64,000 nt of DNA from Candidatus Latescibacterota bacterium (lineage in GTDB: Bacteria > Latescibacterota > UBA2968 > UBA8231). Positions 26,723 through 36,506 of this stretch are shown one piece after another; within the stretch, counting starts at the first letter, position 1; each line of letters opens with the position of its first letter. The notes below the pieces were generated by a model. That model was not told the origin of the DNA and ran no database searches. It saw only the letters and a program-made list of their open reading frames with translations. The translations under genes were made by a program, and so were the position numbers. The stretch covers positions 5,152,001-5,216,000 of the forward strand of contig OZ244561.1 in the NCBI GenBank assembly GCA_965217585.1. The letters are read 5' to 3'.

Positions 26723-28972
26723 TCAATTCTTAGGTGCTGCGCCCGCATCACTCCCTTGCCGCCCTTCCGCTACGACAAATACCTGAGGCGTCGTCCAAGT
26801 CACCGTGCGGTTGGCCAAGCCCTGCTCGAAGAACTTGCGCACCTGCCGCAGTTCGCCTTCGTCGAGATGCTGGGTTAGATGGTGGGCGTACGTGTGCCGT
26901 TTATCGCCGCCGGGATTGAACCAGTGCGCGAGATGGCGCAGCTCGATGTGCCGCTGCGACTGGACTGCTTCCACCCGCACCTGCACCGCGCCAAAGCCCG
27001 CAGCCGCGAACATCTGTTCGAGATCTGCGGCATCCCAGTTGACTCGTGGGTTGTCGGGCACGGCGTAGATGGCCTCTTCGGCGGCGACGAGTCGCTCGGC
27101 TAGGTCGCCGAGCTGCTGTAAGTCGAGTAGCTGATACAGGCGTTGCGACCGGCGCGAGAGGGTCTCGACCAAGCTGACGCGACCCTGTGGGGCGAGGTGG
27201 CGATGCAGGGCCGCGACGACTTCGGCCTTTTGTGCTAGCGCGCCGAGGGCGTTGCGCCCTACGATGGCGTCAAAGAGAATATCGGGAGCGCAGGCGGCGA
27301 GCTGGTCGGCGAGAGTGGCGAGCGGGCCTTGCAGCACTTGGGGCCGCTCGATCTCGGCTAGGTGGGCGGCGGTTTCGTGCAGGGCCACGGCCGCGATCTT
27401 GTCGCTGGTGTGCGCCCAGACGCCTCCTTCGGGCACGCGCCGCAGAGCTTCCCAAGTGAGCAGACCCGTGCCGGCCTCCAAGTCGAGGACGAGGTGGTGG
27501 CGCGCGAGTGTGAGCGGGGCTAAGAGGCGTTGGCGCGTGCGCTCTAGTTGGGTGCCAACGTCGCCGCTGGCGCGCTTGAGCCATTGGTCGCGCGCTTGGT
27601 CGGCCGGGGACAGGGACAATATCTCGGCTGGGGCGGACTCTGCTTCGAGCATGGCGGCGAGCTGTAACTCGCGGCGTTGGCGGACGCGGTCGCCAGCTTC
27701 TTTTTCTCGGCCTTGGTCTGAGGGCTGGTAGAAGATGCGGCCCTGCAGACCGGTGGGCAGGTACTGCTGGGCGACCCAGTGTTCGCGGTAGGCGTGGGGG
27801 TAGAGATAGCCGGCACCGTGGCCAAAGTCCTCGCTGTCGCGGCTGGCGTCTTTGAGGTGGGTGGGCACCTCGCCTTCGCGCTCTTTTTCCACGACCGCCA
27901 GCGCGTCGAAGAAGGCCATAGTCGAGTTGCTCTTGGGCGCGGTAGCCAAGTACAAGGCGGCGTGAGCCAGTGGAAAGCGCCCCTCGGGCAGGCCGATGCG
28001 ATCGAAGGATTCAGCCGCGGCTATAACGACTTGGAGGGCGCGCTCGTCGGCGAGGCCGACGTCCTCGCTGGCGAAGATGAGCATGCGGCGGAAGAGGAAG
28101 CGCGGGTCTTCGCCGGCGTACACCATCCGCGCCAGCCAGTAGAGGGTGGCGTCTGGGTCCGAGCCGCGCATGGATTTGATAAAGGCGCTGATGGCGTCGA
28201 AGTGGTAGTCGCCCTCCTTGTCGTAGAGCAGGGCGCGCCGCTGGATGGACTCCTCGGCCACCGCTAGGTCGATGGCGATTCGCCCTTGGGTGTCTGGATC
28301 GGTGGTTTCGACCGCTAGTTCTAGGGCGTTGAGTAGGGCGCGGGCGTCGCCGTTGGCCACGTCGATCAGGTGTGCGAGAGAGTCGGGGTGCAGGGCGACG
28401 CGGAGATGGCCGTAGCCGCGCGAGTCGGTGAGCGCCTGTTGGGCGATGCGCGCGAGGGCTTCGGAGCTAAGGCCCTGTAGCTGAAAGACCCGGCTGCGCG
28501 AGAGCAGGGGGCGGTTGACCGAAAAATAAGGATTCTCGGTGGTCGCACCGATGAGGATAATAGTGCCGTTTTCAACCCACGGCAGGAGCGCGTCTTGCTG
28601 GGCCTTGTTGAAGCGGTGGACCTCGTCGATGAAGAGGATGGTTTTGCGGCTGTGCAGCTTGCGCAACTGGCCGGCTTCATCGACGGCCCGGCGGATGTCG
28701 GCGACTCCGGCCAAGACGGCGTTGATGGAGATAAAATGGGCGCGGGTGGTGTGGGCGATGACGGCGGCGAGCGTGGTTTTGCCAGTGCCGGGCGGGCCGT
28801 AGAAAATTAGCGAGGAAAGTTGGTCGGCCTCAATGGCGCGTCGCAGCAGGCGGCCCGGCCCGAGAATGTGGTCTTGGCCGACGTATTCGTCTAAGGTGCG
28901 CGGCCGCAGGCGGGCGGCTAGGGGTTGGTCCGCCACTTGGCGATCCCGAAGTCCGGCGTCAAAGAGATCCAT
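26723..28972 (-). CDS. rarA: Replication-associated recombination protein A fused to a C-terminal SAM-methyltransferase-like domain
   Basis: [40 protein letters not shown]; C-terminal VLDLEAGTG. Confidence 0.9.
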   Translation of the reverse strand: MDLFDAGLRDRQVADQPLAARLRPRTLDEYVGQDHILGPGRLLRRAIEADQLSSLIFYGPPGTGKTTLAAVIAHTTRAHFISINAVLAGVADIRRAVDEAGQLRKLHSRKTILFIDEVHRFNKAQQDALLPWVENGTIILIGATTENPYFSVNRPLLSRSRVFQLQGLSSEALARIAQQALTDSRGYGHLRVALHPDSLAHLIDVANGDARALLNALELAVETTDPDTQGRIAIDLAVAEESIQRRALLYDKEGDYHFDAISAFIKSMRGSDPDATLYWLARMVYAGEDPRFLFRRMLIFASEDVGLADERALQVVIAAAESFDRIGLPEGRFPLAHAALYLATAPKSNSTMAFFDALAVVEKEREGEVPTHLKDASRDSEDFGHGAGYLYPHAYREHWVAQQYLPTGLQGRIFYQPSDQGREKEAGDRVRQRRELQLAAMLEAESAPAEILSLSPADQARDQWLKRASGDVGTQLERTRQRLLAPLTLARHHLVLDLEAGTGLLTWEALRRVPEGGVWAHTSDKIAAVALHETAAHLAEIERPQVLQGPLATLADQLAACAPDILFDAIVGRNALGALAQKAEVVAALHRHLAPQGRVSLVETLSRRSQRLYQLLDLQQLGDLAERLVAAEEAIYAVPDNPRVNWDAADLEQMFAAAGFGAVQVRVEAVQSQRHIELRHLAHWFNPGGDKRHTYAHHLTQHLDEGELRQVRKFFEQGLANRTVTWTTPQVFVVAEGRQGSDAGAAPKN

Positions 28973-29110
28973 TCTTCACCTCTGGGGAAAGAAGGCGCGG
29001 ACTAAAAACATAACGACTCAGTTGAACCGCGTGAACCCCTCCGCGCGTAGCGGCTAGGCCGTCTCTTCTTTATGTTTTCTGAGGAAGCAGTTTTACGCTG
29101 GAGAAGCCAT

Positions 29111-30232
29111 GTGAAAATTACCCGTTTGGAACTACATTCGGTGGCGGCGTCGCATCGCGGCAATTGGCTCTTCGTGCAAGTCCACACCGACGCCGGACTA
29201 AGCGGGCTGGGCGAAGCGAGCCAGAGCGGCAACGACGGCTTGGTCGCGGCCGCGCTGGAACAATTGGGGCCGCGGTTGGTGGGCGCGGACCCGACCCAGG
29301 TAGAGGTGTTGTGGGAACAGATGGTGCGGGGGGCGGCGATTTTCTCGGGCGACGCCGGCCGCGTCGGGGCCACGGCGCGGAGCGCGATCGACCAAGCGCT
29401 GTGGGATTTGGCCGGCAAGGCGCTCGGGGTGCCGGCTTGGCGTCTGCTGGGCGGCAAGCGGCGCGACTCCGTGCGATTGTACGCCAATCTCAACCGCGGC
29501 ACCCGGGACCGCAGTCCACAGGGGTTTGCCGATGCGGCGCGCCGAGCGGTCGATGCCGGCTTTGGTGCCGTCAAAAGCACGCCCTTTGACGAGGTGCATT
29601 GGCGGCGGATGGATCGGAGTGGGGTCGAGCGCGACGCGGACAAAGGGATCGCGCGGCTCGTGGCGACGCGGGAGGCCATTGGCAACGAAATCGAGCTGTT
29701 GGTGGATTGCCATCAGCGCTTTGACTTGGCGTTGGCTTTTAAGATGGCCGAAAAGGTGCGTCCACTCGATCTTTACTGGTTTGAGGAGCCGGTGCCACGC
29801 GATCATGTTGATGCGCTACGCCAGTTGCGGCTGCACTCGGGCCAGACTATTGCCGGCGGAGAGTCGCTCGTCGGTCGCGAGGGCTTTTGGCCCTACATCG
29901 CCCAAGGAGCAGTGGATGTGCTGATGCCGGATGTCAAACACGCCGGCGGCATTACCGAATGCCGCCGCATTGCCGCGCTGGCCGAGGTGGCGCAGATGCC
30001 AATCGCGCCCCACAGCCCGGCGGGTCCGGTATCGACGATGGCCGGGGTACACTTGGCAGCGACGATTGCCAACTTTACGGTGCTCGAATTCGCGTTTGGC
30101 GAGGTGGATTGGCGCGGCGAGTTGGTGCGCCCTGCGGAAACCATATTAGCCGGCCACATCCGGGTGCCGGACGCGCCCGGTTTGGGAATTGAACTCGACG
30201 AAGCGGTGCTTATGGCGCACCGGGTGCAATAA
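29111..30232 (+). CDS. Mandelate racemase/galactonate dehydratase-like enolase superfamily enzyme
   Basis: VHTDAGLSGLGE, SAIDQALWDLAGK, VDCH, WFEEP, GGE, APH, PGLGIE; GTG start. Confidence 0.9.
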   Translation: MKITRLELHSVAASHRGNWLFVQVHTDAGLSGLGEASQSGNDGLVAAALEQLGPRLVGADPTQVEVLWEQMVRGAAIFSGDAGRVGATARSAIDQALWDLAGKALGVPAWRLLGGKRRDSVRLYANLNRGTRDRSPQGFADAARRAVDAGFGAVKSTPFDEVHWRRMDRSGVERDADKGIARLVATREAIGNEIELLVDCHQRFDLALAFKMAEKVRPLDLYWFEEPVPRDHVDALRQLRLHSGQTIAGGESLVGREGFWPYIAQGAVDVLMPDVKHAGGITECRRIAALAEVAQMPIAPHSPAGPVSTMAGVHLAATIANFTVLEFAFGEVDWRGELVRPAETILAGHIRVPDAPGLGIELDEAVLMAHRVQ

Positions 30233-30838
30233 ATGTTCTGTCGACTCGACGAAGCGATTGCGGATTTCCGCGCTGGTAAGTTCCTAGTCTTAGTGGATGC
30301 GCGCGAGCGGGAAGACGAAGGCGATTTGATCGTGGCCGCGGAATACGTTTCGGGTGCCGCGATCAATCAAATGCTCAAAGAGGCGCGTGGCATGCTGCAC
30401 CTAGCCACGACCGAGGAACATCTGGCGCGTCTCGGCGTCGGCCTGATTGAGCCGCACAACGCCGACTGGACGACTCCGCGCTTCGGCCTGCCGTTTGACG
30501 CGCTAGAGGGAATTGAAACCGGCGTCTCGGCTGAAGACCGCGCCACGTCCATCCGGCGCGCCCTCCAGCCGGATACCGGCCCCGACGATATCGTCATCCC
30601 TGGGCACGTGTTGCCCTTAGCCGCCCGCCCAGAAGGGTTGCTGAGCCGCCAGGGGCACACCGAGGGCGCGGTGGAGTTGGCCCGTCAGGCCGAACTTTTT
30701 CCGGCGGCGGTGCTGTCCGAAGTGATGGCTCCCGACGGCTCAATGGCCAAGGGCCAGCAACTGGTGGACTTTGCCCGCCGCTTCGGTTGCCGCGTAATCG
30801 ACATCGAGCAAATCCACCAAGCCGTGCTGCGCGGGTGA
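30233..30838 (+). CDS. ribB: 3,4-dihydroxy-2-butanone-4-phosphate synthase-like protein (divergent)
   Basis: REDEGD, TGVSAEDRA, PGHVLPL, RQGHTE. Confidence 0.75.
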   Translation: MFCRLDEAIADFRAGKFLVLVDAREREDEGDLIVAAEYVSGAAINQMLKEARGMLHLATTEEHLARLGVGLIEPHNADWTTPRFGLPFDALEGIETGVSAEDRATSIRRALQPDTGPDDIVIPGHVLPLAARPEGLLSRQGHTEGAVELARQAELFPAAVLSEVMAPDGSMAKGQQLVDFARRFGCRVIDIEQIHQAVLRG

Positions 30839-30895
30839 TGTTGGGAATTGGGAATTCCTAATTCCTCCCACCCTTATCTCTCCTTCGAGGTTCCC

Positions 30896-33022
30896 ATGTA
30901 CAATCTCATCCTTCTTCTCATTTTAGTGCTCTGCGGGCGGCTCAACGCCGACGATCACCCGGTGCGGGCTAATTTTCTGGCCGATGTAGATGCTGTGGTT
31001 CCAGGCCAGCCCTTCCGGCTGGGGGTCGAGCTGAAGATGGAGGAGAAGTGGCATACCTATTGGATTTTTAGCGGCGACGCTGGCTTGCCGATCGAAGTCG
31101 AATGGCAACTACCGGCCGGTGTTGTGGCAGGACCGTTGCAATGGCCCTTGCCTAACAAATTCGAGGAACAGGGAGAACTGGTGGTCTATGGGTATGCCGA
31201 CGAAGTGCTACTCATGGCCGAGGCTACCGCACCGAAGGAGTTGGCCGCAGGGGATACGCTGCGCCTTGCAGCCGAGGTCTCCTGGCTGGTGTGCCGCGAA
31301 CTGTGCATCCCCGGCGAGGCGTCGTTGACGTTGGCGCTGCCAGTGGCCGCCGTCGGCAAGCCGAGTACCCAGCAGGCGCAATTTGACCGCTATGCGGCGC
31401 AGGTGCCGGGCGCGTTGGACGAGCGCATTGCGGTAGAACTCGCCGTGCGGGGCGAAGGGGCTATAGAGGTTGACGTGCGCCTTTCCCACGAGGGTAAATC
31501 TTTCGAGCAGGGCGAACAGGTGCCCGACTTTTACCCGCTGGCGGCCGACGGTTTTGCATTTTCCACTCGGCGTCTAGCTGCCGATCGCCTCGTGCTTTCT
31601 CTCGAACCCTACGGGGCTGCCAAAGTCGATACTTTGCGCGGAGTGCTCGTCTATGGGCTAGCTGACGAGGTGCAAGCCGGGACGCTGGCGCTGGATTTGC
31701 GCGCTGCGCCGCGCCAAGGAGGGGGGATCTTGGAGCGGGATTATCGCGCGGCTAGCGGGGAGGTCGCCCGGTCGCTGTGGGTCTATATCGCCTTTGCGGT
31801 GCTGGGTGGGTTGATCCTCAACTTGATGCCCTGTGTGTTGCCGGTCATCTCGCTCAAGGTGCTCGGGTTTGTCAATCAAGCCGGCGAGGAGACCAAGCGG
31901 GTGCAGCAACTAGGGTGGGCGTTTTGCGCCGGTATTGTGGCCACTTTTTTGGCGCTGGCGCTAGCGGTGCTCTTGGTCAAAAGCAGTGGTGAGCAGATCG
32001 GTTGGGGCTTTCAGTTCCAGTACCCGGGTTTTGTGGTGGCGATGAGTGCCTTGGTGTTCGCGTTGGCCCTAAGTCTTTTCGGCGTCTATGAAATTTTGCT
32101 TCCGGGGACCAGTGGCTTGGGGGGCCTAGAGGGACGCGAGGGGTTGACGGGATCCTTTCTCAACGGCGTGCTGGCGACGATTCTGGCCACGCCCTGCACC
32201 GCGCCCTTTTTGGGGACCGCGCTTGGGTTTGCCTTCGCCCAGCCGGCCGTCGTCGTCGTCGCGGTCTTTTTGGCGATTGGTGTAGGTATGGCGTTGCCGT
32301 ATGTGGTGCTGGCGCTCGAGCCGGCGTGGATCGGGCGCTTGCCCAAGCCCGGCCCTTGGATGGTGCGGTTCAAGCAGCTAATGGGCTTTTTGCTAATGGC
32401 CACGGTGCTGTGGTTACTCTGGGTCTTGGGCAATCAGGTCGGGGTCGAAGGCGTGGTGTGGACGGGGGCCTTTTTGCTGGGGCTGGGGCTGGCCTGCTGG
32501 GTCTGGGGTCAGTGGGGCAGCTTCCAACATCCCAACCGTTCAAAGAGGGTGGCCCGAGTGGTGGCGCTGGTGCTGGTTTTGGGCAGCTATGTGATCTTTG
32601 TCCATCCGCTGCTGGCTGCCGAGCAGACCTTGTCTGAGCAGACCACCGCGTCTGAACTAGACTGGCAGCCGTTTAGTGCCGCACGCGTGGAAGAGTTGGT
32701 CGCGGGTGGGCAGATGGTTTTTATCGACTTTACGGCCGAGTGGTGCTGGACGTGCAAAGTCAACGAGCGGGCGGTGTTGGCGCAGCAAGTGGTACGCGAG
32801 CGGTTTGCCGCACTCAATGTGGCCCTAGTCAAAGCCGATTGGACCAACCGCAATCCCGAGATCACGCAGCTCTTGCGCGCCTTTGGGCGCTCAGGGGTGC
32901 CCCTGTACGTGATCTTTCCCGCCGGTCTTATCGACCAGCCACTGGTGTTGCCCGAGGTCATTACTCCAGAAATGGTCGTTGAAAAGCTAGACGCGGCCGC
33001 CGCGCTCACCAGCGACAACTGA
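30896..33022 (+). CDS. dsbD: Protein-disulfide reductase DsbD family
   Basis: N-domain WHTYW..GDAG and CRELCIP; TM MPCVLPV and TPCTAP; thioredoxin WCWTC. Confidence 0.9.
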   Translation: MYNLILLLILVLCGRLNADDHPVRANFLADVDAVVPGQPFRLGVELKMEEKWHTYWIFSGDAGLPIEVEWQLPAGVVAGPLQWPLPNKFEEQGELVVYGYADEVLLMAEATAPKELAAGDTLRLAAEVSWLVCRELCIPGEASLTLALPVAAVGKPSTQQAQFDRYAAQVPGALDERIAVELAVRGEGAIEVDVRLSHEGKSFEQGEQVPDFYPLAADGFAFSTRRLAADRLVLSLEPYGAAKVDTLRGVLVYGLADEVQAGTLALDLRAAPRQGGGILERDYRAASGEVARSLWVYIAFAVLGGLILNLMPCVLPVISLKVLGFVNQAGEETKRVQQLGWAFCAGIVATFLALALAVLLVKSSGEQIGWGFQFQYPGFVVAMSALVFALALSLFGVYEILLPGTSGLGGLEGREGLTGSFLNGVLATILATPCTAPFLGTALGFAFAQPAVVVVAVFLAIGVGMALPYVVLALEPAWIGRLPKPGPWMVRFKQLMGFLLMATVLWLLWVLGNQVGVEGVVWTGAFLLGLGLACWVWGQWGSFQHPNRSKRVARVVALVLVLGSYVIFVHPLLAAEQTLSEQTTASELDWQPFSAARVEELVAGGQMVFIDFTAEWCWTCKVNERAVLAQQVVRERFAALNVALVKADWTNRNPEITQLLRAFGRSGVPLYVIFPAGLIDQPLVLPEVITPEMVVEKLDAAAALTSDN

Positions 33023-33029
33023 GGCTGCC

Positions 33030-33851
33030 GTGTTCTCGGTGGTCATTCCCGTGTACAACCGCCGCGCGTTAGTCGGCCGGGCGATCCGTTCGGTACTGGC
33101 ACAGCAGGGGGCGGACTTTGAAGTGATCGTGGTTGACGACGCCTCCGACGATGGTACGCCCGAGCAGGTGCGCGAGGAATTTGGCAGCGCAGTCAAAATA
33201 GTGATCTTGGCAGAAAACAGCGGTGTATCCGCCGCGCGCAATCGCGGGATCGCGGCGGCTGAGGGCGAGTGGATCGCCCTGCTCGACTCGGACGACGAGT
33301 GGCTGCCCAACAAACTCGCACGCCAAGCCGAGTCCCTGCACGAGAGCGGTCTATTGGTCTGCCACACCGACGAGATCTGGATCCGCAATGGCGTGCGGAT
33401 CAACCCCCACAAACACCACCAGAAATTCGGCGGCGACATTTTCTACAAAGCCTTGCCCTTGTGTGTTATGTCGCCTTCGTCGATTGCGATTCACCGCCGG
33501 GTCTTTGCGGACGTTGGTATGTTTGACGAAGGCCTGCCCGCCTGCGAGGACTACGAATTTTGGCTGCGGATTACCTGTCGCTATGAAGTGGTCTATTTGG
33601 CGGAGAAGCTCATCCGCAAATACGGCGGCCACGCCGATCAACTATCGCAAGCGCACTACGCGATGGATCGCTTCCGGGTGTACGCGCTCGACAAGCTGCT
33701 GCGCGAGGAGCCGCAGCTCGCACCGGAGCGCGTCGCGGCCGCGCGGGCCATGCTGTTGCGCAAGGCGCGAATTGTCTGGCGCGGAGCCGTCAAGCACGAC
33801 AACGCGGAATTGCAGCAGCAGATGGGCGACTACTTGGCGCGCTGGCAGTGA
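33030..33851 (+). CDS. Glycosyltransferase family 2
   Basis: FSVVIPVYNR, VVDDASDD, GVSAARN, LDSDD, EDYEFW. Confidence 0.93.
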   Translation: MFSVVIPVYNRRALVGRAIRSVLAQQGADFEVIVVDDASDDGTPEQVREEFGSAVKIVILAENSGVSAARNRGIAAAEGEWIALLDSDDEWLPNKLARQAESLHESGLLVCHTDEIWIRNGVRINPHKHHQKFGGDIFYKALPLCVMSPSSIAIHRRVFADVGMFDEGLPACEDYEFWLRITCRYEVVYLAEKLIRKYGGHADQLSQAHYAMDRFRVYALDKLLREEPQLAPERVAAARAMLLRKARIVWRGAVKHDNAELQQQMGDYLARWQ

Positions 33852-34007
33852 TAGGTAGGTTGGAGCAGGCTTGGATGGTTGTACCGACACTTGGGTTTTA
33901 CGGCCTAAGATCTCTTAACAAAAGGTGGGTTTTCTCTCGCTAAGAGCGCCTGTGTTCCGAGGGAAGTGTGCTTGCGGGTTTTGCTAGTAGCTCTAAAATT
34001 AAAAAAT

Positions 34008-34041
34008 AAAACCCCCTAGTCCGCAGACTAGGGGGTTTTTT
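34008..34041. terminator. Bidirectional intrinsic terminator
   Basis: AAAACCCCCTAGTC-CGCA-GACTAGGGGGTTTT perfect hairpin with A/T tracts between convergent genes. Confidence 0.9.
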
Positions 34042-34060
34042 GATCGTTCTGCAAAGCCTG

Positions 34061-34528
34061 TTATTCGCCGCGTTGCTTCTTGACTTCCCGCAGGCCCATG
34101 GAGCGGAGTTGGTCAAGTCCCGAGAGGTGCTTACTACGCGGTTTGGATGTGCCCGCTTCCCAGCGCAGAACGGTGTTGGTACTAACGTTGAGCAGTTCGC
34201 CGAGTTCGGCTTGGGAGAGCTTGAGGCGCTTGCGATGCTTCTTGATCGTATCCGGGGCGATCCGGATTTGTTTTTCCTTAGCGCCTTCGGGTGCTTTGCG
34301 GGCTTTGGCGGCGGCCGGTTTGGCGGCGGTCGGTTTGGTGGCAGCCGGCTTAGCGGCGACCGGTTTGGCAGCGGCCTTTGCCTTTACTGGGCCGATTTGC
34401 TTTTCCAAGCGAGCGAGTGCATCGCGCTGTTCGCGCACTGTTTTCTTCAGTTCGCGCACTTGGTCTTGCACTTCTTTGCGGGCGATCTTGCTGATCTCCT
34501 CTTTCAAAAGGGCTGCGAGATTAGGCAT
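34061..34528 (-). CDS. XRE-family HTH protein with coiled coil and Lys/Pro/Ala repeat linker
   Basis: RKRLKLSQAELGELLNVSTNTVLRWEAG HTH; AKP(A/V/T)A repeats. Confidence 0.88.
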   Translation of the reverse strand: MPNLAALLKEEISKIARKEVQDQVRELKKTVREQRDALARLEKQIGPVKAKAAAKPVAAKPAATKPTAAKPAAAKARKAPEGAKEKQIRIAPDTIKKHRKRLKLSQAELGELLNVSTNTVLRWEAGTSKPRSKHLSGLDQLRSMGLREVKKQRGE

Positions 34529-35051
34529 AAAAGATCCTTTCGCCGTGAGTAAGTGTGTCTAATATAAAATAATTAAGAGAAAAATCTAATATTTAGCAAA
34601 TGCGTTTGAAATGGTATTGCGCGTCTAGCGGAAAGGTAGCAAAAGGGGATGGAGCAGACATTCTCTTCTGCTGTCTGTGAAATAGAGACGAGGCCCTCGT
34701 GCTGGTCCAAACAAAGAACAACCACAGGGGTTGTTCTTACACCTAAATTACTAGCGATTTTCTCTACGACATTTGACCCGATCAACTACGTAAAGTTTTG
34801 CGAAATTGGCGCGTTGGTTTGGCATGTCGTATAGGGGAAAACCTGCCACGGCAAAAGGGCGATCAAAAAGCGCGGGTCTATCTTATTCGCGCTTCTATTT
34901 TTGCGTGTTCGAATGGGATGAGAAGGCGCGTTTATATAGGGCGAAACGATGCAAGCGGGCGGGCGATTGCATCGGCACTAGCGCGAAAAAACGCCGACGG
35001 CATGCGACGAATTGCGCGCGTCAATGCAGCGTTTGCCAAGCGTTTTTTAGA

Positions 35052-36506
35052 CTAGGCGTTGTAAGCCGTCGATGCTGTCGTTCCCCCCCGCCCGGTCCAG
35101 TTGGTGTGGAAGAAGATGCCGCGCGGCTTGTCGGTGCGCTCATAAGTATGGGCACCGAAATAGTCGCGCTGGGCTTGGAGCAGATTGGCGGGCAGGCGGG
35201 CGGAGCGGTAGCCGTCGTAGTACGCGAGGGCGCTGGCAAAGGTCGGCACGGGTATGCCGAGGGTCGCAGCCGTGGCCACGACTCTGCGCCAAGAAGCTTG
35301 GGTTTGTGCAAGTGCTGCGCTGAAGTACGGCGCGAGCAACAGATTGGCCAGCGTTGGATCCGCGTCAAAGGCTTCCTTGATACGGCCCAAAAACTGGGCG
35401 CGAATGATGCAGCCGCCGCGCCACAGCAGGGCGATGCCGCCGTAGTTGAGTTCCCAGCTGTATTCGCGGGCGGCGAGGGAAAGCAACTGATAGCCTTGGG
35501 CGTAGGAGCAAATTTTGGCCGCGTACAGGGCTTGGCGGATGTCTTCGACGAAAGTGTCTTTGGCACCAGTAAACGAAGCGTCTGGGCCTCGGAGGACGCC
35601 GGCCGCAGCCACGCGCTCGTCCTTGAGGAAGGATAGGGCGCGGCTGAAGACCGCCTCGGTAATGGCAGTTACTGGAGCACCCAATTGCAGGGCGTCGATG
35701 CCGGTCCACTTGCCGGTGCCCTTTTGGCCGGCCGTGTCGAGTATTACATCGACCATCGGCTGGCCGGTCTCGTCGTCGGTTTTGGCGAGTATCTCGCCGG
35801 TGATCTCGATGAGGTAGCTGTCGAGTTCGCCCTCGTTCCACTGCTTGAAAATTTCGCTCTGGGCCTGCGGCTCAATACCGAGGGCCTCGCGCATTAGGGC
35901 GTATGCCTCGGCGATCATCTGCATGTCGCCGTACTCGATGCCGTTGTGGACCATTTTCACGTAGTGGCCGGCGCCGTCGCGGCCCACCCAATCGCAACAC
36001 GGGCTGCCGTCGGCGACTTTGGCGGCAATGGCTTGGAAGAGGTCTTTGATGTGGGGCCAGGCGGCGGGGTTGCCGCCGGGCATGATGCTCGGGCCTTTGA
36101 GCGCGCCCTCCTCGCCGCCGGAGACGCCAGTGCCCACGTAGAGCAGGCCTTTGGTCGCTAGCTCTTGGGTGCGGCGGGCCGTGTCTTGGTAGTTGGAGTT
36201 GCCGCCGTCGATGAGGATGTCGCCGCGGTCGAGCAGGGGCACTAGTTCGGCTATGACGCGGTCCACGGCTTGGCCGGCTTGCACCATCAGCATCACGCGG
36301 CGCGGCTTTTTGAGCTGGGCGAGCAGTTCGGCCGGCGCATGGGTGCCGATGATGGATTTGCCGCGGGCGCGGCCGTCTATAAAGGCATCGACCTTGGCGG
36401 TTGTGCGGTTGTAAACGGCAACGGTGAAACCGTGGCTAGCCATGTTGAGGACGAGGTTTTCGCCCATCACGGCTAGGCCGATTAGGCCGATGTCTGCTCG
36501 GCTCAT
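35052..36506 (-). CDS. gnd: 6-phosphogluconate dehydrogenase (NADP, decarboxylating)
   Basis: IGLAVMG, SGGEEGA, KMVHNGIEYGD, GQKGTGKWT, QRDYFGAH. Confidence 0.97.
   Translation of the reverse strand: MSRADIGLIGLAVMGENLVLNMASHGFTVAVYNRTTAKVDAFIDGRARGKSIIGTHAPAELLAQLKKPRRVMLMVQAGQAVDRVIAELVPLLDRGDILIDGGNSNYQDTARRTQELATKGLLYVGTGVSGGEEGALKGPSIMPGGNPAAWPHIKDLFQAIAAKVADGSPCCDWVGRDGAGHYVKMVHNGIEYGDMQMIAEAYALMREALGIEPQAQSEIFKQWNEGELDSYLIEITGEILAKTDDETGQPMVDVILDTAGQKGTGKWTGIDALQLGAPVTAITEAVFSRALSFLKDERVAAAGVLRGPDASFTGAKDTFVEDIRQALYAAKICSYAQGYQLLSLAAREYSWELNYGGIALLWRGGCIIRAQFLGRIKEAFDADPTLANLLLAPYFSAALAQTQASWRRVVATAATLGIPVPTFASALAYYDGYRSARLPANLLQAQRDYFGAHTYERTDKPRGIFFHTNWTGRGGTTASTAYNA

Noticed and set aside
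30841-30870. GGGAATTGGGAATTCCTAATTCC imperfect palindrome before dsbD
   Set aside because: Single short low-complexity element with no U tract or second copy in the window
34820-34885. c-di-GMP-I riboswitch-like words (GGCAAA, GGGTCTA)
   Set aside because: Could not build the required stems and GNRA loop; needs an Rfam scan
34806-35636. 276-aa plus-strand ORF and many similar long antisense or alternate-frame ORFs in the track
   Set aside because: They shadow well-supported genes such as gnd; expected in GC-rich DNA and lack motifs
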